Shown here piece by piece: positions 37,119-46,900 of a stretch of 64,000 bases of DNA. The stretch is taken from NCBI GenBank assembly GCA_963668315.1, contig OY764216.1, positions 1,600,001-1,664,000 on the forward strand, in the 5' to 3' direction. The notes under the pieces were generated by a model. It was not told where the DNA came from, did no database searches, and saw only the letters and a list, made by a program, of their open reading frames with translations. How positions within the stretch are numbered: the stretch's first letter is position 1; each line of letters opens with the position of its first letter. The position numbers were made by a program, and so were the translations under genes. This DNA comes from Spirochaetia bacterium. Its GTDB lineage: Bacteria; Spirochaetota; Spirochaetia; DSM-2461.

Positions 37119-39014
37119 ATGAAAATCAAATACAAAATACAGCTGACAAATCTTTTGCAGGGGATCTCATTACTTGCCCTCGTCGTGGTGTTCATCCTTT
37201 ATTCAAGCTATATAAGGAATATCACCGAAGAACAGGATTCCCTTACCGATCTCTATGAAAGCCTTTACCGGGAGCAGGTCGCTATGGCCAGGCTGGCATC
37301 GGACAGTTTCAAGCCCAGTTATGAGCGCTTTATCAAGGCGAGGGAAGAGTCGGACAGTTATTTCGATTTATTGGATGATTTCCGTTATCTGGTGCAGTTT
37401 TCCGGGGAGGTCGCCGATTCCATTGAAGCCATGCAGGCTCTGAAAATGATCCGCGTCAACTACCATAGAACTATTGATAATGGGGCCCAGTCTCTTCTGG
37501 GCGGGGACAACCCCCTGGAGATTAATGACAGAACATCCATCATGACTCTCTATGAAAAGGCGCTGCAGTCGGAAGATGAAGACATGGCTATGGTTCGCTT
37601 CAATCTCGTCAATATCATCAATCAGATAAATAAAAGCGATGTCGCACTCAGCGATTATCTTCAGGAAGTCAGAATAAATATCGATAGAATCGATGCCGAT
37701 ATGGCCCGGATGAACCGAAGGAGCCAGATTAGTCTTTTCTCCGCCGGACTTTTGCTTATCCTCCTTTTCTTTATCCTGAGTACAAGGCAATCTCTCGGGC
37801 TGTCCAGGCGCATCGCCGAAATAGACAGGAATGTGGATTATCTCAAAAACGGGGATCTGAGGACTGTCTTTATGGAAAAGGGCCGTGATGAGCTGGCCTT
37901 TCTGGGGAAGAATCTAAATCTTTTTCAGACAACCCTGGCCGGGGCGCTCCGTGATTTGAAGCATATTTCCGGGGAGAATATTTCGGTCCAGAAAGATCTG
38001 GATTCCCATGTCAGAAAAACCGAAGCCAATACGAATTCCATGCATGAGCAGGCCGATAGCATCGTGGGAAAGATGGAGGAGCTGAACGAATCCATTCAGA
38101 CCTCCACCCTCTCCATGGAACAGATGAATGTCTCGGTAAATACTTTGAATGATCAGGTCATCGATCAGCAGGCCATGGTGGAGGAGTCAACGGCTTCTGT
38201 TACAGAAATGATCGCTTCCATTGAAAATGTGACCGCCATTACCCTCAAAAAAGCGACCGTCATGGATGAGCTGGTGGACATGACCGTTACGGGCGGGGAA
38301 AAAATGGATATCAATTCCCAGTCTATCTCCCGGATCAATGATCATATCGATATGATTGCCGGCATTGCCGACATCATCAAAGCCATTGCGGGCCAGACGA
38401 ATCTGCTGGCCATGAATGCCGCCATTGAAGCCGCCCATGCGGGAGAGGCGGGCAGGGGATTCTCCGTTGTGGCCGATGAGATCCGGAAGCTGGCCGAGGA
38501 AGCCTCGGATAATTCCCGGATAATCTCCGATACGCTGAAACAGGTTATCTCGGGGATATCAGAGGCGTCCCGGTCAAATGAAAATGTTTCCGTGGTATTT
38601 AAAAAAATCAGTACGGAAGTCGATCAGTTCAGGGACTCGCTTTCGGAAATTTCCCAGACCATGGGCGAACTGAAGACGGGAGGAGGTCAGATCCTTTCTG
38701 CCATGGGAGCATTGACCGATGTATCACAGATTATCAAGGACAACACAAGTCAGATCCTCGTTGCGGGAAAAGAACAGGGAAATCTGGTTCATGACCTGAA
38801 GAACGCATCTTCCCTGGTCACCGGGAATGTAAAGGATATTCAAAACAGAATTCTCGAGATAAACTCCACATTGAAGAATGTTTCCGACTGCTCCGCCGAT
38901 ATTGGAAGTTCAGCCCAGTCGATTGACCGGACCGTATCTCTCTACAGGACGGAAGAGAGCTGCGACGATGGGGGCAGCGGAGAAAACCAGCCGGAGGCAG
39001 CCGCAAGGGATTAA
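37119..39014 (+). CDS. Methyl-accepting chemotaxis protein
   Basis: 2 TM, HAMP (GRDELAFL), [38 protein letters not shown]. Start ATG 37119. Confidence 0.95.
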   Translation: MKIKYKIQLTNLLQGISLLALVVVFILYSSYIRNITEEQDSLTDLYESLYREQVAMARLASDSFKPSYERFIKAREESDSYFDLLDDFRYLVQFSGEVADSIEAMQALKMIRVNYHRTIDNGAQSLLGGDNPLEINDRTSIMTLYEKALQSEDEDMAMVRFNLVNIINQINKSDVALSDYLQEVRINIDRIDADMARMNRRSQISLFSAGLLLILLFFILSTRQSLGLSRRIAEIDRNVDYLKNGDLRTVFMEKGRDELAFLGKNLNLFQTTLAGALRDLKHISGENISVQKDLDSHVRKTEANTNSMHEQADSIVGKMEELNESIQTSTLSMEQMNVSVNTLNDQVIDQQAMVEESTASVTEMIASIENVTAITLKKATVMDELVDMTVTGGEKMDINSQSISRINDHIDMIAGIADIIKAIAGQTNLLAMNAAIEAAHAGEAGRGFSVVADEIRKLAEEASDNSRIISDTLKQVISGISEASRSNENVSVVFKKISTEVDQFRDSLSEISQTMGELKTGGGQILSAMGALTDVSQIIKDNTSQILVAGKEQGNLVHDLKNASSLVTGNVKDIQNRILEINSTLKNVSDCSADIGSSAQSIDRTVSLYRTEESCDDGGSGENQPEAAARD

Positions 39015-39209
39015 TCCCATAGTCTCAAGACAGGAGAATTGTAAAGAGTTATCAAGTTAGGGTTGACTAATTCTCCGGGAAATGGTATTTCTATGCATGT
39101 AGTATTAACTAAATAAGTGTGTTAAGGCTTATAAAAGAGCATGAAAACAGTCCCCCCGGTCATTGCGGTAACAGGGGGGCTTTTTTTATCCATGATGGAG
39201 AGAGAGGCT

Positions 39210-39548
39210 ATGAAAGTATTTTATCATCATATCTATGAGTATCAGAAAGGTCTGAGAAGCCTCGTTCTCCACACACTGCCCTCTCAATACAGGGAACTGG
39301 CGGAAAAGAAGCTTCAGCAGAATGCTATACCCTACCTCATCAGAGAAGTAAGCGAGAGGAAAATCAATATATTTTTCGGAGAGAAGGAGTGCGTGGAAAT
39401 CGTTGAAAGCTTCGGAGACAAACCGCTTAATCAGCTGTCCCATGAAGAAGACTTTATTCTGGGAACGATGCTGGGGTATTGCCGTCTTCTGCAGTGCCGA
39501 AGGTATTTAAAGAGGAAAGAGACAGCCCCTGTACTTAAGGCCGTATAG
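39210..39548 (+). CDS. DUF2023 family protein
   Basis: VFYHHIYEYQKGLRSLVLHT...INIFFG..ECV...EEDFILGTMLGY..LQCRRYL. GAGG RBS before ATG 39210. Confidence 0.85.
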   Translation: MKVFYHHIYEYQKGLRSLVLHTLPSQYRELAEKKLQQNAIPYLIREVSERKINIFFGEKECVEIVESFGDKPLNQLSHEEDFILGTMLGYCRLLQCRRYLKRKETAPVLKAV

Positions 39549-39578
39549 GAGTGATTTACCCCTTTCCGCTCCCGTCTT

Positions 39579-40472
39579 TCAATCGATTTCCAGAGTCAGG
39601 TGCTGGCACCGGCAGGCCGCTCTGACTTTTCCGGTGAATACTTCCTTGCTGAAATTTCCGCCCGCCTCCAGCTTCACGATCATCACCTTGTGGTTTTCCG
39701 AGGATTTCCATATGTGGAGGTCTTTGATACGGGAGCCCGACTCTCCGGCAATGGCCTGGATATGGGCCCTCTCATCTGCCGAGGGGAGATAGTCTACAAG
39801 AAGTTTTCCCGAGGAGACCAGCAGATCCCAGGCCCATTTTAAGATGACGGCCGCACCGAGCATCGCCACCGCGGCATCGGGCCAGGTCTGACCGGTAAGT
39901 TTCCCCGTAAGCAGGGCCACGATGGCCAGGACCGAGGTCAGGGCATCGGTAATCACATGGACATAGGCTGACCTCAGATTATGGTCGCGGTGGGATTCGT
40001 GAGAATGATCGTGACCGTGATGGTCATGGCCCCCGGAGGATAGGAGAAAGGCGCTGATAAGATTGACCGTAAGGCCGATTCCCGCTACCAGCAGAGCCTG
40101 GTTGAAGATGATGGGCTCGGGATTAATCAGTCTGTGAACAGCCTCATATACCATGTAGAGAGCCGTTATTCCGAGGATAATGGCGTTCGTATAACCTCCC
40201 AGAATACCGACTTTACCGGATGAAAAGGCAAAACCGGGATTCTCTGCCTGACTTCTCGCGAACAGATAGGCTGCCAGTGTCACTATCAGGGCGAAGGTGT
40301 GAGTTCCCATATGTATCCCATCTGCCAGGAGCGCCATGGAGCCGGTGAGAAAACCGTAGCCGATCTCTGCTATCATGGTTATCAGAGTGATGGATACGAC
40401 GATAGCCGTCTTCTTTATAGGGGAATCAGTATGATCATGGTCACTGATCTGATTGCATACTCTTTCTGTCAT
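39579..40472 (-). CDS. Cation diffusion facilitator (DmeF-like Co/Ni/Zn efflux)
   Basis: GSMALLADGIHMGTH, His-rich loop, NLRSAYVHVITDALTS. Confidence 0.9.
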   Translation of the reverse strand: MTERVCNQISDHDHTDSPIKKTAIVVSITLITMIAEIGYGFLTGSMALLADGIHMGTHTFALIVTLAAYLFARSQAENPGFAFSSGKVGILGGYTNAIILGITALYMVYEAVHRLINPEPIIFNQALLVAGIGLTVNLISAFLLSSGGHDHHGHDHSHESHRDHNLRSAYVHVITDALTSVLAIVALLTGKLTGQTWPDAAVAMLGAAVILKWAWDLLVSSGKLLVDYLPSADERAHIQAIAGESGSRIKDLHIWKSSENHKVMIVKLEAGGNFSKEVFTGKVRAACRCQHLTLEID

Positions 40473-40480
40473 AGGATCTC

Positions 40481-40891
40481 CTACATTATTTCCTGAATGG
40501 AATTTAGGCTTTTAAAAAACGTTCCGGCATCATCCTCGCCCAGCCTTTGCACTATCTCTTCAATCAGCTGTCCGTGGAGATGATGATGGTTCTCGTATTC
40601 TGTTTTTCCCGATTGGGTGAGTTTTACAAAGTATGATCTTTTATCCTCGGAACTTTTTATCTTTTCCAGATAACCTTTCGCAACGAGCCGTTGAACCATG
40701 ACCGTCAGGGTTCCGGTCGTGACGCCGAGCCGGTCAGAGAGTTCCTTCATGCGGAGCTGTCCATGATTACCGACGATTTCAAGCAGATGCATCTGGGGAA
40801 GGGAGATATCCCTGTCAGCTACGACTCCGTTTTCCCATGAGGACATTCTTTCAAAAAACTCCACTAAAATATGAGAATATGTCTCTTTCAT
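40481..40891 (-). CDS. MarR family regulator (AdcR-like, His-rich C-terminus)
   Basis: ELSDRLGVTTGTLTVMVQRLVAKGY, DKRS, HHHLH. Confidence 0.88.
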   Translation of the reverse strand: MKETYSHILVEFFERMSSWENGVVADRDISLPQMHLLEIVGNHGQLRMKELSDRLGVTTGTLTVMVQRLVAKGYLEKIKSSEDKRSYFVKLTQSGKTEYENHHHLHGQLIEEIVQRLGEDDAGTFFKSLNSIQEIM

Positions 40892-40901
40892 AATTTATAC
40901 C

Positions 40902-40946
40902 TTGATTATCAAGATATATGAAGATAGTTTGAGTGTCAAGATATAT
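40902..40946. promoter_or_regulatory. Tandem putative MarR operators
   Basis: TTGATTATCAAGATATAT (40902) and TTGAGTGTCAAGATATAT (40929), each with a TTGA-N3-TCAA dyad. Confidence 0.6.
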
Positions 40947-41366
40947 CTTCCTGATCATAGATAGATTGTCAGTGTTAGAAGATCCAGGGGCCAGAGAAAG
41001 GGTTGTAAATAATTTGAAAGCCTTACCGCTCTCTGTCTCCAAGCCGTTACCGAGCTCTGCAAAGCCAGGAATGGCGGCAGAAATTGTGTCTATTCCAATT
41101 CGCCGCATAATCGTTTTGGAATGCACTGTTCGCGAAAAACAGTATATGTATGGCTTTTCAGCTTAGTGCCTTATCTCGGATTGTTACATAAAATCAATCT
41201 CCTCTATACTCCCATCTACCGAAGATATCATGAAGAAGTTCAGGAGGACCTTGTCCTTTAGCCCAGGAAATGGAGAGGTCTGTGGAATTTCCTGAGAAAA
41301 GAACGTCCTCCCGATTTGGTCGTCTCAGTCTATCTACATAAATGGATTACTGCCCGGCGGGAATCC

Positions 41367-43883
41367 TTATTTCACCCAGTAAGTAACAAGATTGAACTTC
41401 TGCCGGACATCTCCGTCATCCCCGTTAAAGGATACGGGTATGCACATTATACCCCAGCGAAAGCATTCTCTGTCATAATCTTCTTCATTGGGAAAATATC
41501 CCACATTTCCGCTTATTGTCGTTCCCTCGCTTGTATTATAACTATTGTTATATGAATACTGAAAGCCATAACCATATTCTACAACTACCTTAATCCATGA
41601 ACTAAGGGATGTTTCGTTTTTTACCCCGAGAGTCATGTTATAGTCATATGTCTCAGTCCGGGAGTCGCTGGTTGAAATCCCCATCCCCGCTTCCGAGGCC
41701 GACTCTCCGACGGTCTGCTCCCAGGTGGTAAAGATTCCTTCCGAGGCATCACTGAGGGTTTCCATCTCCTCTTTCGTATAATAGGAAGAGATATCACCGG
41801 GAGTATGTTTCAGAAGGTCATCGGGAATCCGGTTTTCTTCCGATACGGATTTATTGTATTTCGAAAGAGATACAAACATGGTCTGGTAGTCCCTTGGTAC
41901 TGACACTGTATAATATTCACTCATAGGGGTGAAATTATCAGGGTAATTCAGATAGGTGTACAAATACACATCCAGAGGAACAACGGCGCATATGACCATA
42001 TCCTTACCGGCCATATTGGTATAAGTTACTTCCGATTCATATGAATGCTCAACGCAGAATCCGAAAGCAAAATCATGATGGGTCGTAATCGAATTGATAC
42101 TTTCTATGTACTCAAGATCCCCGCCAACACCTGCTGATCCTTCAATATACCACCCAAATGAATAGGAGTCCTCCTCGCTGTTACCGCAAGTCATGGCATA
42201 TGTCGTTCCGCTGTCTTCAATATTCATACTAGGTGTATAGGGCGGAGAAGCCAGGACCGCAAGAATTTTTGGTTCAGAGAATACCAGTTTACGGCCGTAA
42301 TACTGCAAGATCAATGAGTCGTCATCCACATTGCCGCAGGCAATGCAGGGGCAGTACTCATCGGAATTCAGGGAAATCTCCTGGTAGAATCGATTGGTCT
42401 CCTGTTCTTCGTCCCGACCCCAGACACAAAATGTATCGTATTCATCCACAGTCATATATTCCGTGTCTCTTTTTAACCAGCATACGTAGGAATCCCTGAT
42501 AAAGGCCAGATCGTCTATACCGTCTCCGGTAAAGTCTCCCGCTACTGCCAGATCATTATTCATACGGTTAAAGTCGCCGTCTGTGATATCGTCGTATATC
42601 TGAAAGTCCGCTTCATCGAAATTACCATTCCCGTCATAGGTATAGATTGTATCCATGATCAGAACGTCGACTGCGTTATCGGAGTTGAAATCGCCTGCGG
42701 CTGTCATGGGAATCTGAAAATTTCCATGGTAATGGCCTCCGTCTTTCCAGTTGTGATCGCTGATAAATTTGTATGCATTCAGCAATTCTGTCTCATTGTA
42801 AGTTCTGTCGCTCTTGTAAAATTTCATAATAAACGCATAGGCATCTACCGATGGAGTAAATCCTGCATCAGACGCGTTATCGACACCGGCGAAAAGAACC
42901 TCGTCAAGGCCGTCGCGGTCAAAATCGGCAGTCACAATTTCTGCCGCACAGAGAGAATGTCCGCCGCTGGTAAGATCTTTACTTGTAACTGGTCCATTTC
43001 CATTTAGATCCAATCCTGATTCGCTTCCCGTATAAATACTATAGGTCCCGACACCACACTGAACATCGGTCCCGTTTGTAACGACCAGATCCATGTATTT
43101 ATCACCATTCAGGTTGGCAGATTCAACTCTGACAAAGTTGAAATACCCCCATCCTTCATATGCGGAATCATCATCTTTATAAACCGCATATGAACAAGTT
43201 CCCATCGTGGAAAGATCACTATCCAGGATGGTGAGCGTATTGTGGCAGGAGAACGCGATTTCCGCTTCACCATCGCCGTCAAAATCACCGGCGCATACAT
43301 CCCGCATCTGCGACTGTTGATACCGCATATACCATGAATTCATAACAGCCAGGCCGCTGTTTTTTATGCTTTCTGTCGCCACTGTATTATTGTCATTTTT
43401 ATCGTCAATCCTGATATAGATATCATCTGATCTGTAGGCTACGGTCACTATTTCATCATATCCGTCGCCGTCCGTATCGGCCATAACGCTCTTTTTGGGA
43501 CAACTCGTCCAGGCTATGGAGCTGTCAAACATTTTAGATATGCTTGCGCTGCTGTCTCCAAGTTTATCGAGTAACTGCCCGCGTCCGGCATCGCTGATAT
43601 CGACTCCTGAGAGGAATATTTCTTTTAATTTGAAGGAATAAATATCAGATCCCAGCGGATGAGTATCTCCCACTTCCTCGCCGAAATCATTGACTGCCTC
43701 TCCCAGGTCCAGGTCGAATCCCAGGGCTATCAGAGAGTCTTCCTTCTCAATTTCGGTCACAGTATCTCCCCCGTCCTCGCTCGTTTCATTATTGTCGTTA
43801 CCCATGTTACAGCCTGTAAAAACAATGAGCGTAGCCAACAACAGGTTCAAAAGAAACATTTTTCCTACTTTCCTTCTTTTCAT
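41367..43883 (-). CDS. Lipoprotein with FG-GAP/VCBS repeats and a Ser/Thr-rich beta-strand C-terminal domain
   Basis: Lipobox VFTGC and repeats DTDGDGYDEIV, GDFDGDGEAEI, DFDRDGLDEV, GDFTGDGIDDL. Confidence 0.8.
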   Translation of the reverse strand: MKRRKVGKMFLLNLLLATLIVFTGCNMGNDNNETSEDGGDTVTEIEKEDSLIALGFDLDLGEAVNDFGEEVGDTHPLGSDIYSFKLKEIFLSGVDISDAGRGQLLDKLGDSSASISKMFDSSIAWTSCPKKSVMADTDGDGYDEIVTVAYRSDDIYIRIDDKNDNNTVATESIKNSGLAVMNSWYMRYQQSQMRDVCAGDFDGDGEAEIAFSCHNTLTILDSDLSTMGTCSYAVYKDDDSAYEGWGYFNFVRVESANLNGDKYMDLVVTNGTDVQCGVGTYSIYTGSESGLDLNGNGPVTSKDLTSGGHSLCAAEIVTADFDRDGLDEVLFAGVDNASDAGFTPSVDAYAFIMKFYKSDRTYNETELLNAYKFISDHNWKDGGHYHGNFQIPMTAAGDFNSDNAVDVLIMDTIYTYDGNGNFDEADFQIYDDITDGDFNRMNNDLAVAGDFTGDGIDDLAFIRDSYVCWLKRDTEYMTVDEYDTFCVWGRDEEQETNRFYQEISLNSDEYCPCIACGNVDDDSLILQYYGRKLVFSEPKILAVLASPPYTPSMNIEDSGTTYAMTCGNSEEDSYSFGWYIEGSAGVGGDLEYIESINSITTHHDFAFGFCVEHSYESEVTYTNMAGKDMVICAVVPLDVYLYTYLNYPDNFTPMSEYYTVSVPRDYQTMFVSLSKYNKSVSEENRIPDDLLKHTPGDISSYYTKEEMETLSDASEGIFTTWEQTVGESASEAGMGISTSDSRTETYDYNMTLGVKNETSLSSWIKVVVEYGYGFQYSYNNSYNTSEGTTISGNVGYFPNEEDYDRECFRWGIMCIPVSFNGDDGDVRQKFNLVTYWVK

Positions 43884-44009
43884 TTTTATCCCCTTACTGC
43901 AATCTCAAGCAATATGCTTGATTGGCAGATACGTGTTTTGAATAAGAATAAGGGAGAAAGCTTTAGGAATCGTCCTGATTCAAGACAAAGCGTAAATCCG
44001 GAGATATTT

Positions 44010-45107
44010 TTATTGAAAGGTTTTTTTTCTCATAAAGTTGTGGGGAGCTTCGCTCGTTTCTCTTTTAAAATAATTATAGAAAGACGAAACCGAATTAAAT
44101 CCGCAGGAAAGGGCAATTTCCACAACACTTTTATCCGGTTCAGAGAGGAGAAGTTCCTTTGCTTTCTCAATCCTGTAAGAATTGATAAAGGAATTGAAAT
44201 TTTTCTGAAACCGATTATTGATCAGCATCGAGAGGTTCCTCTGAGACATCATCAGCTTTCTTGCCAATGATTCTATGGTGAGTTCGGAGTTCATAAAGAT
44301 TTCTTCGTCTTCCATAAGCTGGATAAGGCGTGCTTCGATAAGGGAGTTGTCCCGGCTTCTTGCCATGGATAATCCGTACCTTATATCTCTCGCTTCTTTT
44401 ATGACTTTGATGGCGAATTCCGGATTTCGGAAAGAAAAAATCATATGGTAGGCTGGAAGAATAATGAAGAACACAAGGCCTATGATCAACAGGATAGTAA
44501 TATTCAATAAGTTAGATAGGACTAATAAAGAACCGGCCGTAAAGAAACACATGAGAGAAAAAAATATGTACTTTATCTCACGGGTCATGGTTTTAGTCCT
44601 GAATAGAACGGATATATTATATAGACCCGTAAAAATATAGAGAGTGACATAGGCGTCGCAGATCGTATTGATCATTCTTAGTTTTCCGTTTATGGAATAG
44701 TCCGGCAAGAGTCCGGGGTCGTCTATGTAAGCTTGCAGAAGGGAGCTGTCGGTCATATCAATAATGAGAACAAGTATGAAGGAAATTATGAAAGGAATCG
44801 AATGCAGCAGTATCGAGGATGTCCTGTAAGCTTTGACTCCGGTTATCATTGAATAGTAGAGGAAGAAAAAAGGCGCGGCGAGGAAACTGAGGGGAATCTC
44901 CATATTCAGGAGAAAGGGAAGGCTCTTAAGTAGTCCCAGGCTGTAAGACCAGTAATAAAGGAAAATTAAACCGGTACAGAAGAAAGCTCCCGCGAGAAAG
45001 TAGTTTATCTGCAGTTTCCGTTTATAATTAAGCTGGACTATGGAAAAGAAGGTGAACAGAACAAAGGATGTGAAAGTAATGTTCTGGTATATTATTAAGA
45101 GACTCAT
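44010..45107 (-). CDS. Membrane-anchored AraC family regulator
   Basis: About 7 TM helices at the N-terminus, NFNSFINSYRIEKAK, IALSCGFNSVSSFYNYFK. Confidence 0.9.
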   Translation of the reverse strand: MSLLIIYQNITFTSFVLFTFFSIVQLNYKRKLQINYFLAGAFFCTGLIFLYYWSYSLGLLKSLPFLLNMEIPLSFLAAPFFFLYYSMITGVKAYRTSSILLHSIPFIISFILVLIIDMTDSSLLQAYIDDPGLLPDYSINGKLRMINTICDAYVTLYIFTGLYNISVLFRTKTMTREIKYIFFSLMCFFTAGSLLVLSNLLNITILLIIGLVFFIILPAYHMIFSFRNPEFAIKVIKEARDIRYGLSMARSRDNSLIEARLIQLMEDEEIFMNSELTIESLARKLMMSQRNLSMLINNRFQKNFNSFINSYRIEKAKELLLSEPDKSVVEIALSCGFNSVSSFYNYFKRETSEAPHNFMRKKTFQ

Positions 45108-45214
45108 AGTTTTCTTTTCCCATCGAAATCATTACTATTCATTGGGCTTATTTTATTCTAGCAGAAGAAATACCATTTGGAAAGATAAATAATTATGAAT
45201 TAAGCTAAATGGTT

Positions 45215-46411
45215 TTAGCTGGAAATCTCCGACTGTTTTCGATAATGATTCCAGATTAGGGCGATCAGCAGCAACAGGGGAAAGACTATGGCAGCCAGAA
45301 TCCCTTTTTTCAAACTGTCATCAGCGGCGGACGATACCATTCCGACAACGGTCGGTCCTGCGGAACAGCCCACGTCTCCGGCCAGTGCGAAAAGGGCGAA
45401 CATAAGGGTTCCGCCGTTTTTAATCCCGGCGGAACCGGCGCTGAAAGTTCCGGGCCACATTATGCCTACGGATAATCCGCAGACTCCGCAGCCAATCAGG
45501 CCCATCAGGGGAAAGGGCGATAATGCCGTAAGCAGATAGCTCCCTATGCAGAGAACACAGCTGCCGACCATGAAATACTCCAGGTTTATGCGTTCTCCGA
45601 ACTTACCGTAATACACTCTCGCGATTCCCATCATGATGGCAAAAAACATCGGCCCCGCTATATCGCCTAATGTCTTTGATATTCCCAGACCCATTTCTGC
45701 ATAGGTGGACGCCCACTGGCTTACCGCCTGTTCGCTCGCTCCGGAACAAATCATCATCAGTATCATAATCCAGAATACTTTGTTCCAAAGCAGTTCCTTT
45801 ACACTCAGACCTGTTTCGTTGTCCCCAATCAGGTGGGTAATCGGCACTTTTGAGAATAAAAGGCTGTTGATTAGGGGGACTACCGCCCAGAGCATGGCCA
45901 TATATTTCCAGTTTTCAATGCCGAAAAGCAGGAAAAAGAGGGTGGAAATCAAAACGACTGCCACATGTCCCCAGCAATAGAAGGAATGGAGCATGCTCAT
46001 CGCCATCTCTTTATTGGCTGTAGGACTTGCCTCGACGATCGGACTAATCAGTACTTCAAGCAATCCGCCCCCCACGGCATAAACCATAACGGCGATTAAA
46101 ACCCCTGTGGACGGATCCTGCATAATCTCCGGAAGTATTGTCAGGAGTATGAATCCCGCCGCGGCGAATATATGGGCCAGAACCGCAGAGGTCCGGTAGC
46201 CTATTTTATCGATGAACCCTGCGGCCAGAAAATCAACGGTCATCTGTATGGTGAAATTGAAGGTAACCAGAAGAGTTATCCGGGACAGGGGGATTCCATA
46301 GGTCGAATGGAATGTCAAAAAAAGCAAAGGAATGAAATTATTCACTATTGCCTGAACGATGTATCCGGTAAAGCAGGCATAGATGGTATGGCGATAGGTC
46401 AGTTCTTTCAT
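45215..46411 (-). CDS. MFS transporter (fucose-permease-like)
   Basis: About 12 TM, DKIGYR loop, GGGLLEVLISPIVEA, HSFYCWG. Confidence 0.85.
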   Translation of the reverse strand: MKELTYRHTIYACFTGYIVQAIVNNFIPLLFLTFHSTYGIPLSRITLLVTFNFTIQMTVDFLAAGFIDKIGYRTSAVLAHIFAAAGFILLTILPEIMQDPSTGVLIAVMVYAVGGGLLEVLISPIVEASPTANKEMAMSMLHSFYCWGHVAVVLISTLFFLLFGIENWKYMAMLWAVVPLINSLLFSKVPITHLIGDNETGLSVKELLWNKVFWIMILMMICSGASEQAVSQWASTYAEMGLGISKTLGDIAGPMFFAIMMGIARVYYGKFGERINLEYFMVGSCVLCIGSYLLTALSPFPLMGLIGCGVCGLSVGIMWPGTFSAGSAGIKNGGTLMFALFALAGDVGCSAGPTVVGMVSSAADDSLKKGILAAIVFPLLLLIALIWNHYRKQSEISS

Positions 46412-46514
46412 AAAAACGTGGCTTCCTTCTGTTTATCAAGGATTATACTATGATCCCAATCCGGCGGACAAGAGATATGGTGTCCAAAGAGAAAATGGGA
46501 TATACTAATAAGAT

Positions 46515-46835
46515 ATGAGTAAATGCAGAATCACAGTTCTAAAGCGGGAGTACTATCAGGATCTGGCCGATCAGTACCTGGCTGATCCGAATGTGGGAAA
46601 ATGTAATCTGTTCAAAGAGGGACAGGAATTTCTTGTTGATCAGAAAGATTATTTCCATATGCTGGATGGCAAATTCTGTTCAGAAGCCTGGGACAGTATA
46701 AGCCGATACGTCTATTCGGCTTTGCAGGGCGGTTCTATCATGAAAGGCTGGACCAATGACGAGAAGATCATGATCGCCTGCTGTAACGATGGAACCAGAC
46801 CTGTTATATTTAAAATAGAAAGGATTGACGACTGA
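46515..46835 (+). CDS. TIGR04076 family protein
   Basis: KCRITVLK..C..FKEGQEF..FCSEAW..IACCNDGTRPVIFKIERI. Confidence 0.82.
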   Translation: MSKCRITVLKREYYQDLADQYLADPNVGKCNLFKEGQEFLVDQKDYFHMLDGKFCSEAWDSISRYVYSALQGGSIMKGWTNDEKIMIACCNDGTRPVIFKIERIDD

Positions 46836-46900
46836 TCCGGGCTCCCTGGAGATGAACACCATTTCCCTGCAGGGGCCCTGAATCGTCCGGCATCCCCGTT

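Noticed and set aside
40950..41205. Possible decayed gene (RBS-ATG-TAA...) on the minus strand upstream of marR
   Set aside because: It has in-frame stops and no family I can assign with confidence.
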